Assembly (NCBI GenBank): GCA_964645535.1
Contig: CAZYCQ010000004.1
Coordinates: forward strand, 87,428-108,130
Reading direction: 5' to 3'
Length of the DNA: 20,703 nt
Source of the DNA: an uncultured archaeon
GTDB lineage: Archaea > Asgardarchaeota > Heimdallarchaeia > Heimdallarchaeales > Kariarchaeaceae
The position numbers were made by a program, and so were the translations under genes. The notes under the pieces are model-generated. The model worked only from the letters and a program-made list of their open reading frames with translations, ran no database searches and was not told the DNA's origin. Shown here piece by piece: positions 1 through 9,100 of this stretch (positions are counted from its first letter, which is position 1; each line of letters begins with the position of its first letter).

Positions 1-102
1 AAATTAATCTTCTTGAAAAATTCGAGAATTTCTGAAATTCATTCAACGAATTTGATAATTTTCCATCTAAATTTCCCATAATTAAACGAAAAACAATGAA
101 CT

Positions 103-118
103 GATAAACCTTAAATAT
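103..118 (+). promoter_or_regulatory. Putative archaeal BRE/TATA promoter of the MBL-GrpE-Hsp70 operon
   Basis: GATAAACC-TTAAATAT lies in an AT-rich intergenic stretch, about 30-45 nt upstream of the candidate starts at 145 and 159. Confidence 0.45.
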
Positions 119-158
119 TATTATGAGAAATAGAATTTAAGTATATGGGGGGAACACC

Positions 159-1319
159 CTGGAGATATATAATCTTGGAAAATTAAACGATTCTTTTGCG
201 CCTTCGGTTCTTGTTCGGGAAAAATCTGGAATCCTTCTTGATTGTGGAAAAATAAACCAGAATTCCCCTCCAATTCCCCAATTGGAAAAAGTCGATATTT
301 CCAAGATTGAAGGAGTTATCATATCCCATGCCCATTTTGACCATTATGGTGCCTTGCCTTCACTAATGAAAATGGGCTATGACGGATCTGTCTTTACTGG
401 AAGGCTGACATCCCGTATTTTTTACTCTTGGGTCAAAAGAAAAATTGGGTTATTTGCCGGAGACTTTGGTGACTGGTTGCGGAATCATCTTGATCCAGTT
501 AATTATTTCGATGAAATCTCTCTCAACAATTATTCAATTGAATTACTTCCTTCCTATCATTCCTTTGATTCCTCCATGACACTAATTTCGAATGCACATA
601 AAACTATTCTTTACACCGGAGATTTGGGAATCAATGATGAGGCAATCCAAGTCAATTCTGAAATTGATGCAGTCCTCTTTGATGGTACCAATCTTTTTTT
701 GGAGGCAATTGATGATCCCAATGTTCTTCTAACCGGTTTCATCAAGATCATTAACTCAATCCTTGTTAGCGGACTGAATGTGGTCATTCCCGTCTTTACA
801 GTGCCAAGTCTGCAATTGATTGAAGCTATCCATTATTGGCTGGTATCCGGCCTGATCCCTGCAAAACCCAATTTCTATATCGACTCAAAAATTGAATTGA
901 CCCAATTTCTCCATGAATTTTACTTTGACAAAAAATTGATCCTTTCAAACCAAGAAGACTTGATTGAACCATATATCTTCCTCAAACATATCAACTCAAG
1001 AAAATCACCTAATTCCATTGAGATTCAACCCTTCCTATCCAAAAAGGATCTTCATGTTCAGGAATTGATCTCAATATATGGTTCCCTAGAGGAAGTCCCA
1101 TGGAATAGGTATGTTTCAACTTCATTATACTACCCTCTCTCAAACCACTTTCCTAGGAATAGACTTCCCACCTTTTTCAAAAAATTGAACGCCAAAATGG
1201 CCATTCCGATTGGGGATAATTATGGAAGGGAACAAAACCTTTTGCAGTGGTGGAGGGAAAACATTCCGAATACACATTTGCAATTCTTTCCACTACCTGA
1301 AAGAAAAATATCTGTGTGA
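159..1319 (+). CDS. MBL-fold metallo-hydrolase, divergent beta-CASP nuclease family (CPSF73/RNase J/SNM1-like)
   Basis: The frame is open upstream of the listed TTG at 282, back to TAA at 138-140. It encodes LEIYNLG...ILLDCG (motif 1, 231-248), then SHAHFDH (motif 2), SYH (motif 3), ILYTGD (motif 4), DAVLFDGT (motif A-like), GLNVVIPVF and YIDS (beta-CASP) and LSNH (motif B). The start is either CTG at 159 after GGGGGG, or ATG at 145 if one G is missing from the G-run. Confidence 0.85.
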   Translation: MEIYNLGKLNDSFAPSVLVREKSGILLDCGKINQNSPPIPQLEKVDISKIEGVIISHAHFDHYGALPSLMKMGYDGSVFTGRLTSRIFYSWVKRKIGLFAGDFGDWLRNHLDPVNYFDEISLNNYSIELLPSYHSFDSSMTLISNAHKTILYTGDLGINDEAIQVNSEIDAVLFDGTNLFLEAIDDPNVLLTGFIKIINSILVSGLNVVIPVFTVPSLQLIEAIHYWLVSGLIPAKPNFYIDSKIELTQFLHEFYFDKKLILSNQEDLIEPYIFLKHINSRKSPNSIEIQPFLSKKDLHVQELISIYGSLEEVPWNRYVSTSLYYPLSNHFPRNRLPTFFKKLNAKMAIPIGDNYGREQNLLQWWRENIPNTHLQFFPLPERKISV

Positions 1320-1328
1320 GGCAATACT

Positions 1329-2324
1329 ATGCAAGCCATTCTTCAAAACATCAGAAAAAACTTGGAAAACTCTCCGCAAGTCTTCAATGAAAGCTTCGCT
1401 CATGATTTGAGAATTGCGGAAGCCATAATCAACAATCCTGTAGCTTATCCACCAAAATTGATCCGAGATCTCAATGAGGAGGAGATAATGAACCGGTTAA
1501 GGCAATCCAAACTTTCTAAACCAGTTTACAGAAAATATTGGATTCGCCTATCACAAGATCTCTCTGATCGGATTCTTAACCTTTCAGAAGACAAGGAATG
1601 GGTTCTGAAATCCAAGAAAAAGCTCTTCGATTTGGGAAAGACCGATTTAACCGCAAAAATATTCTGGTTGACCCTGATCAATCAAATCAAAAAACATAGA
1701 GACAAACTTGAGATTGAAACGGATTTCATTGAATCTTTAAGGCTTTTGGCACCCAAAGTCAGGGTTTCTCATTTTAGGGATGTGATCAGAGACTACATAT
1801 CTTCAATTTACGGCTCCGATATTGTTGAAAGAAAAACCACCGAAGATATCCAATCTCTGCTCCAATATCTCGAAGTAATCCTGAATGAGGATCTGAATTC
1901 GGAAAAGATCGAAGAAATAGAATTTGCTCTTGCAGAAACCTACGAAAACCTATCCTCTGTTTACCAAACCTTACTCTGGGAAATCGAGGAGGCAAGGGAT
2001 TCTTCCATAAGATCCTTTTTGACAGACATGAATTCACAAAAAAATGGGTATCTTCTTGACCATGTCCTTACCTCATTGAAACACAAGGATCCTGATCTCA
2101 ACGAGAAATTTGTGAAACTGTTTGCATCTTTTCTCAAATTACATCAAATCAACCCAATCTTCCCAATGGGAAGAACAACCATCAAAAAAGACCAATTCGA
2201 TTTTATCGAAATTGTCGGGGAATCCTTTGAGGATGCCAACGACGTAGTTGTAGATATCATTTCCCCAGGATGGAGATACAAAAACTATGTAATCTCCAAA
2301 GCAAGGGGAGTGGAGGTAAAATAA
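1329..2324 (+). CDS. GrpE-like nucleotide exchange factor domain protein with an extended helical N-terminus
   Basis: The C-terminal ~75 aa (FLKLHQINPIFPMG...VDIISPGWRYKNYVISKARGVEV) follows the GrpE head pattern (V-x3-G[YW]-x5-VI-x2-A-x-V). The rest is helical or coiled-coil. It lies 9 nt after the MBL gene and 1 nt before the Hsp70 gene. Confidence 0.7.
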   Translation: MQAILQNIRKNLENSPQVFNESFAHDLRIAEAIINNPVAYPPKLIRDLNEEEIMNRLRQSKLSKPVYRKYWIRLSQDLSDRILNLSEDKEWVLKSKKKLFDLGKTDLTAKIFWLTLINQIKKHRDKLEIETDFIESLRLLAPKVRVSHFRDVIRDYISSIYGSDIVERKTTEDIQSLLQYLEVILNEDLNSEKIEEIEFALAETYENLSSVYQTLLWEIEEARDSSIRSFLTDMNSQKNGYLLDHVLTSLKHKDPDLNEKFVKLFASFLKLHQINPIFPMGRTTIKKDQFDFIEIVGESFEDANDVVVDIISPGWRYKNYVISKARGVEVK

Positions 2325-2325
2325 A

Positions 2326-5004
2326 ATGACACAAAATGTACCAACATTCGGAATCGATCTAGGAACAACCAATTCTTCCATCTCTTTTGCACAAGAGAAG
2401 AAATCCAACGGAGAAATCAATGTTCGAACCATCAGCTTCCGTCAGCTAACGGAAAATGGAGGACTTGAAACCGTGGATCTCCTTCCTTCATTCTTTTACA
2501 AGGAAGGAAACAGTGAATATGTCGGGGTTTATGCTAAAGCCAAAAGGAAAACCTCGCCTAATAATGTGATCCAATCAGTCAAAACAAAAATCGGAAGCGA
2601 TCACAGATATATCATTGATGGAGATACATTCACTCCAGTGGAAATATCCGCCAAGTTTCTTCAGGAATTGAAAAAACATGCATCAGCTGCCATGAAAAGA
2701 GAAATTGTTGATGCAGTTATCGCTGTCCCTGCAAATTTCGATCATGAAATGCGTCAAGCCACACTTGAAGCGGCACGAATGGCTGGATTTCATGTCTTTG
2801 AATCCGATGGTTCTCCAAGAGAAGGAATTCTGATCGATGAGCCAAGGGCAGTACTTTATGATATCCTCAATCGTCAACAAAATGGAGAATTCCCCACTCC
2901 CGTAATTCATGAAGATCAGGAAACAAATGTCTTGGTCTACGATTTTGGTGGGGGAACACTTGATGTCAGCCTTCATAAGGTTCGAATCTCTGATGACAGT
3001 CTTCTTGAAATAGAAGATTTGGCTATAGGAAGATATACCGAAATTGGTGGGGATACATTCGACAAAAGAGTACGGGATTGGATAAAAGACAAATTCTTCG
3101 AAGAACATCCTGAATTTGATTGGGACTCTCTTTCCCATAATGTAAAACAAGCATTTCTAACTCAAGCCCTTCTTGCCGCCGAAGAGGTGAAATATGCTCT
3201 TGTCAGAGATGAGATGTTCTCATCCGAAAATGGTGGCTGGGGTGAAATCTCAGAAGGAGTACCTCTTCAGACTGGGTTCCTTGTGGAAGATAAATCATTC
3301 TCCACATACATCACAAAAGATACATACAAACAAATTGTATCTGATCTTCTGGGCTTGGACTACTCCTTCCATGACTACGAATCTCTCAACATTTTCACTG
3401 ATCCCTCTGAAAAAAGGAACATCGTATTTCCTGTCCTTGATGTCATCTACAAGGCCTACAAGAAATTGGGGGAGGAACCAAAGATTGACCTTGTTCTCTG
3501 CTCTGGAGGAATGACCAATTTCTCTATCATCAGAGAACGATTGGAAGAACTCCTGAACATTAAACCAGTCCAAATTATTGATCCTGACAAGGCAGTTTCT
3601 CGAGGAGCGGCAATTTATGGCATTTACAGAAAAAGAGGCCTCAAAATCACACCAATCCTTGCAGAATCTATCTCACTAGGTCTTGAAGGAAATTTCACAA
3701 GCATACTTGTGGAGCAGGGAACAACGCTTCCCGTCAAGTCGAAGGTTGATGAGTTTTTTGTCGTTCCAAAAGATGGAACAAAAGAAATCCGTCTTCCAAT
3801 CTATAAGGGAGAGCATAAATATTCCTCGGAAAATCAACTCCTCAAAGGATTTGTTTTTGATCTTCAAAAACCAGTTCCTGCCGGGACAAATGTGGAAATT
3901 GAAGTCGAAGTAGACGTGAACAAAATCATTACCCTAAGGGTTTGGCTGAAAAACGATCCTGAAACTAAATTTGAAGGAAGAATTGCACCTTCGGAACTAC
4001 CTGAAACTTCAATGCAAGATCGAGAAAAACAAAAACTGCAACAGAAAGAAAAACCTGTTTTCAACTTCCCACCAATCAAGGTAGACACAGTTTTGAACAA
4101 ATATTTTTCCCGTCTTGACCAAAATACAGAGACTGGCACCAAGGAACTGGAAAATAAACTTATCTTGGCACCAAACGGAAAAGATGCCATTCCCAAATTA
4201 TGGAAAAAATACCGAAGCTCTTCAGCAACCCCTGCCGCCAGAAAACGTTTACCTTTCCTTCTTTCAAGACTTTACAAAAAGAATGGCAATGAACCATTCA
4301 GAAAAGATTTCGAGAAGGAGGTAATTAAAGTTCTTTCAAAGAATCGGATCGTGATCAGCCAAAGTGCTAGAAGTGAAATTTATGGGGCAATATTGGCTGC
4401 AATCACCCTTGAATTGAAGGGTGCCGCACAACCTCTCCGCAATTTGCTCCAAAATCCTCAGCTTTGGAGTTTTGATATTGCAATCATCGCTCTAGGGAAG
4501 CTTGGCGCAGACTCAAATGATTTTACCATTCTAAAGAAAATTCTAGAAAAGGCGGATAAGCTCCAGAAGATCGGTGCTTTGATCAATTCAACTTGGTCCA
4601 TAGGAAAACTTGCATCTCTTGACTTGCAGCCTCCTGTACCAAGAAGCCATTTCTATCCTCTAATCCCCAAAATGCAGGCAATTGCCCTTCGACATTTCAA
4701 TCCCAAAGGATTCAACAATAACTTACTTCGAAACATCATCTTCTCATATGGAGAAATGGCTGATTCAAGGAAGCAAGACATTTTTGATCCTCAACAGAAA
4801 TCAATCCTCCTCCAAAATCTAAAGGAAATACAGGAAAATCTTCTCAAAATGTCTTGGATAGGTCTTGAAGAATATCGAATAAAAGAAATCGAACATTTGG
4901 TTCAACTGGTGGAAACCGCCAAAAAAATGATTCTAGGAGAATCATTGACATCTGAAGAAGAGGAAACCTTGTTGACCATCAGATCAAACATAAACGTAGT
5001 CTAA
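2326..5004 (+). CDS. Non-canonical Hsp70-family protein (ATPase domain + SBD-beta + C-terminal HEAT/ARM-like repeats)
   Basis: Hsp70 motifs GIDLGTTNS, SVKTKIG, AVIAVPANF, DEPRA, YDFGGGTLDVS, IGGDTFD, SGGMT and DPDKAVSRGAA are present. SBD-beta-like segments follow (ILVEQGTTLPV, LPIYKGE, PAGTNVEIEVEVDVNKIITL). A ~300-aa helical tail carries IALGKLG, WSIGKL and FSYGEM. A GGAGGT SD sequence lies upstream. Confidence 0.93.
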   Translation: MTQNVPTFGIDLGTTNSSISFAQEKKSNGEINVRTISFRQLTENGGLETVDLLPSFFYKEGNSEYVGVYAKAKRKTSPNNVIQSVKTKIGSDHRYIIDGDTFTPVEISAKFLQELKKHASAAMKREIVDAVIAVPANFDHEMRQATLEAARMAGFHVFESDGSPREGILIDEPRAVLYDILNRQQNGEFPTPVIHEDQETNVLVYDFGGGTLDVSLHKVRISDDSLLEIEDLAIGRYTEIGGDTFDKRVRDWIKDKFFEEHPEFDWDSLSHNVKQAFLTQALLAAEEVKYALVRDEMFSSENGGWGEISEGVPLQTGFLVEDKSFSTYITKDTYKQIVSDLLGLDYSFHDYESLNIFTDPSEKRNIVFPVLDVIYKAYKKLGEEPKIDLVLCSGGMTNFSIIRERLEELLNIKPVQIIDPDKAVSRGAAIYGIYRKRGLKITPILAESISLGLEGNFTSILVEQGTTLPVKSKVDEFFVVPKDGTKEIRLPIYKGEHKYSSENQLLKGFVFDLQKPVPAGTNVEIEVEVDVNKIITLRVWLKNDPETKFEGRIAPSELPETSMQDREKQKLQQKEKPVFNFPPIKVDTVLNKYFSRLDQNTETGTKELENKLILAPNGKDAIPKLWKKYRSSSATPAARKRLPFLLSRLYKKNGNEPFRKDFEKEVIKVLSKNRIVISQSARSEIYGAILAAITLELKGAAQPLRNLLQNPQLWSFDIAIIALGKLGADSNDFTILKKILEKADKLQKIGALINSTWSIGKLASLDLQPPVPRSHFYPLIPKMQAIALRHFNPKGFNNNLLRNIIFSYGEMADSRKQDIFDPQQKSILLQNLKEIQENLLKMSWIGLEEYRIKEIEHLVQLVETAKKMILGESLTSEEEETLLTIRSNINVV

Positions 5005-5023
5005 TGATCTTTGAAATTGCATA

Positions 5024-6007
5024 TCACCTGATCCTCTCATAATCCGGAATCCAATTGCTGACTTCATCCAATTGTTTCAACTCGTCATCTGAAAGCTTGA
5101 CATCCAATGCACCCAGATTCTCTTCAAGCTGTTCCACTGAATTTGCTCCAATAATCGGTGCAGTTATGAAAGGTCTTGACAACACCCAAGCCAAAGCCAC
5201 TTGAGCTATTGTGGCATCATGGGTCTTGGCAATCTCTTCAACTTTCTCCAGAATTGCCCATCGTTTTTCAGAAAAGTATCTGGCTTGCACTCCCCTACTC
5301 CTTGGGGTCTCGGGAATCTCCCCATCTTTCCTGTATTTCCCTGTCAGGAAGCCTCCTGCAAGTGGACTATATGGAATGACACCAATCTTGTATTTTTCGA
5401 TCACCTTGACGAATTGGTGTTCAACCAAAAGCCTTCTCGCTAGATTGTAAACCGGTTGAAGCGTTTCAAACCTCACATAACCATTACGATCACTTACCCA
5501 AAATGATTCAACCATCTGCCATGGAAAAATGTTTGAGGCTCCAAGATAATTTACCTTTCCATCCTCCACCAACAAGTTAAGGGCATGCATTGTTTCCTCA
5601 ATTGGTGTCTCATCATCAAAGCTATGGATCTGGTACAGGTCTATCCAATCTGTCTGCAACCGTTTGAGGCTACCAGAAACCGCTTGGTGAACGTGCCTTC
5701 GTGAAAGGCCGCGGTCGTTGATATCGTCAGACATCGCCCCTCTGAGCTTTGTCGCTAAGATCAGATCATCCCTTGTGCCTCTATCTTTCATCCAGCGTCC
5801 GATGATCTCCTCCGTTTTGCCTGCATAGCTGTTCTCGCTCCAGGATGTGTAGATGTCCGCAGTATCGAAGCAGTTAATTCCCATCTCAATTGCCTTGTCC
5901 ATGACTTTGAACGATTCTTCCTCATCAATCCTCCATCCAAACTGCATTGTCCCCAAAATGATCTTGGAGACTTTAATTCCTGTATTTCCCAATCTTGTGT
6001 ATTCCAT
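5024..6007 (-). CDS. Aldo/keto reductase (aryl-alcohol dehydrogenase/Tas-like)
   Basis: Motifs LGNTGIKVSKIILGTM, FDTADIY (D,Y), LATKL (K), DLYQIH (H), YSPLAGGFLTGKY and PIIGANSVEQLEENL. Confidence 0.95.
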   Translation of the reverse strand: MEYTRLGNTGIKVSKIILGTMQFGWRIDEEESFKVMDKAIEMGINCFDTADIYTSWSENSYAGKTEEIIGRWMKDRGTRDDLILATKLRGAMSDDINDRGLSRRHVHQAVSGSLKRLQTDWIDLYQIHSFDDETPIEETMHALNLLVEDGKVNYLGASNIFPWQMVESFWVSDRNGYVRFETLQPVYNLARRLLVEHQFVKVIEKYKIGVIPYSPLAGGFLTGKYRKDGEIPETPRSRGVQARYFSEKRWAILEKVEEIAKTHDATIAQVALAWVLSRPFITAPIIGANSVEQLEENLGALDVKLSDDELKQLDEVSNWIPDYERIR

Positions 6008-6029
6008 CTCTTTTTAATCCAATGATGAG

Positions 6030-6037
6030 ATTAAAAA
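6030..6037 (-). promoter_or_regulatory. Putative TATA box for the aldo-keto reductase (near-leaderless transcript)
   Basis: The minus strand reads TTTTTAAT about 23-30 nt upstream of the ATG at 6007. The same arrangement is seen at several other genes in the window. Confidence 0.45.
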
Positions 6038-6165
6038 GTTTCAAAAAAGGGCAATCGATTTTTCTGGAACAGACGGGAAAGAAAAATGTAAGTTTTCCCG
6101 GATTTTTCCAATTTCAGGTTAAGTGCAAAATTAATAAGTGGTTCTCTCAACTTTCGCTTTGGAAA

Positions 6166-9100
6166 ATGAGAGTGTTCTTATCAACCATTTTTGTATTCCT
6201 GCTAGTGTTTCATTCTAGTCAACCCTTTGTACAAGAGGTTATTTCCCCCTCAAACGATACCCAAAGCGACAGTGAAAAAATCATGTGTTCTGATAGTAGC
6301 AACTTTCTGATGCCCTCAGAACTTAAATGATTTTAAGATACTTAGCCTTGTTTTCTTCGAAATTGAAAAGGACATACTGAAAACCGACCTTCCTCCTCCA
6401 ATGAAAATTTACCATAATTTGCGGGCTGCTGTTTATGAAGTATCTTCTGGCAATTATGATTTATTCCAAAAACATTTTGGAAATAAGTTATTCCCAATTC
6501 CAGAATTTTACCAAAAAATTAGATGGCCCATAACAGAACCCTCGGAAAAGAACATTGTATCATTGGGGGAAATTCCAAAAGGAAGTATGCATGGACTCGT
6601 TCCACTTTGGGAAAAAGGTTATAACGGAACAGGTGTAGTAATCGGCATTATTGATACTGGTGTCGAATTTTCAAATCCCTCACTTTCTCATGCCTATTAT
6701 GCCTATGAATTCTTTGGCTATCCAAATCTTCCAGGTGACAAAATTCATGGAACTGCAGTTGCGAGTGTCATGGTTTCGAATGGAAGTGGCTATCCTGATC
6801 CAGATTTTGCCAAAGGGGTTGCCTATGGTGCAAAACTTGCAGTTGCTGAAATGGCAATGATCGTTATATTTATGGTGACTTTATTGGCGCTTTCGATTGG
6901 TTGCTTGGAATGCCTAAGGTTAAAATAATTAATTTTAGCATGGGCACACGATTGAGTTGGTTTGGAATGATAGCCCAAAGAATTGAACAAGCGAATAAAA
7001 TCTTGGTTGCCAGTGCAGGAAATGGTGGTACAGGTGGATCTGATTTGGATGACCCTTTCACAGTAACTTCTCCTGCAAGTAATCCTCATGCAATTGGAGT
7101 TGGTGGAACAACACCTGACAAAACTCTTTATCAAGCCACTTCAGAGGGACCTGGAGATTTCGGAATCATGAAGCCAGATCTAGTTGCTCAAGCTACAAAT
7201 GTTCTTGTTGCCAGCAAAGAAGGAGACTACTTTTATTGGGAAGGCACCTCTTTTGCAGCTCCAACAGTTGCCGGATCCATTGCCACTCTGATTTCTGCAT
7301 TGGAAGCAAATAACGTGAACTGGACTGTGGCAACCCTTAAGGCAGCCTTAATGAGAACTGCAACTGACTTGGACTATCCAAATTATCAACAGGGAACTGG
7401 TTTGATTAATGTTTCAAGGGCTTTTGATTATTTGATGTCTTTACCAAAGGATCAAGAGGGAATTCCAATTGTCTTTGAAGTAACTCCAAAGGAAGGGTAT
7501 CCTCCGGAACTCAATTCTATACCTATCGGAAGGGATCTTCATTTCCCGGTGACAGTCATTACATCTCATCTGGAAAATGTCTCTTTTGAATTGCAAGGGA
7601 ATTTTACAAGTTTTGCTTCTATCGACGTTCCAATGGTACAGAATTTTTCAAGTCATGAAATAACAATTCACATTACCCCCAATGGATCACAATCGGTTGG
7701 GTATTATTCTGGGGAACTAAGAGTTAGTTTCAATAACGAAACCATGCATGTTCCCATATCTTTCAATGTCCTTTCTGAACCGGCAAAAAAAATTTATGTC
7801 GATGGCTATCATACAGTTCTTGACGACGTCGGAGGATTTGGACTTGCAAGTGACCTGACTGGGGCATTGTCATCAATTCTACTGCAGGATGGATATTGGT
7901 TAGAAATCAAAAATGAACCATTCTCACTGGAAACTCTCTCTCAGTTCGATGCTTTACTCATGATTTCCCCCTTTAAGGAAAATGGATACACGGGTTTTGT
8001 ACCCAATCCAATTACGGATACTGAATTGAAAGTTCTTTTTGAATACTTGGAGCAAGGAGGTTCGCTGTTCTTGACTGGTGATAGTGTAGAAAATGGATCA
8101 CATATTTCACAGCTTGAAAAAATTTCAAAACCATTTGGCGTAACCTTCACTTCCACAGTTCCAGATGATCAACTCATATTGAAGAGAATTGCAAGATTTG
8201 CCTTTAATGAAACTTCAATCAATAGAAATGCAGATGCAATCCAAGTATTCTATGGTTCCCTGAATGTTGAATCTCCTGGCAGACCTTTAGCCATTGATGA
8301 AAATGGTTATGTTTCCCTAGCTTATGGTGTTACATCAAATTATGCAGGAAGGGTAGTATTTTCTGCCACAACACACTTTTTCCAAATAGAATATTTGGAT
8401 AGGGATGTTAAATTTCCCCACTCCACTGAATTTATCCAAGATCTTTTCGACTTCCTCACAAGCAAGGAAAGAATCTCTGTTGTGAATGAAACAATAACCG
8501 AAAATCAAGTCAACTTGGTTGTTAGATCAATGCAGAACGGAACATTTTCTGAAGTTGATCCAAAAATCAAATTAAGGGTTGGAAATGAAGAGGCATTCAA
8601 TTATACCATTGAATACTTGGGTCAAGGGTTTTCTGAAATCCGACTGTTGTTTCTGGAAGATGGATTATTTGAACCGGTAATGTCTTTTGGCAACGATTAC
8701 GTTGCGAGACAGTATATTATCGATACCGCTCCACCTCATCTGCGGAGCGATGATCGCAATCCTTCGAAAATATCTTCAGATCGAGATATTGCTGTTTTGA
8801 ATTTCTTTGCAGAAGACGAATCCGGGATTGATTGGAATAGCTTGGACGTAACTTTGGATGGAAAAAGTGATGGTTTCAACGTCTTCTCCTCCTCAAGCAG
8901 AATTACTGTTTCCTTCGCTCCGCGTTCATTATTACCACTTGAAACCCACACGATCAAAATTGAACTTTCAGATCTTTTTGGAAATGAAGGAAATCTTTCT
9001 TATTCTTTCTTCGTTTCAGGTAGGATTGAAGAAACAAGTTCAAGTATTGAAGAAACAACCCCAAATGATACCGAAACCATGGAATCGCAGATCTCAAGTT

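Noticed and set aside
282-1319. Beta-lactamase (antibiotic resistance) reading of the MBL fold
   Set aside because: There is no signal peptide, and the YTGD, VVIPVF and SNH motifs point to the beta-CASP nuclease branch.
1329-5004. Canonical grpE-dnaK heat-shock operon
   Set aside because: There is no dnaJ. The Hsp70 is 892 aa with inserts, lacks the DVLLLD linker and has a non-lid C-terminus, and the GrpE is highly divergent. Gene symbols were therefore withheld.
6305-6860. Programmed ribosomal frameshifting in the protease
   Set aside because: There is no X-XXY-YYZ heptamer or obvious stimulatory structure at either site. Two recoding events in one gene are much less parsimonious than indels.
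5995-6928. ORFs 5995-6330 and 6401-6928 as independent genes
   Set aside because: They carry the signal peptide and the D/H catalytic residues of the single frameshifted S8 protease.
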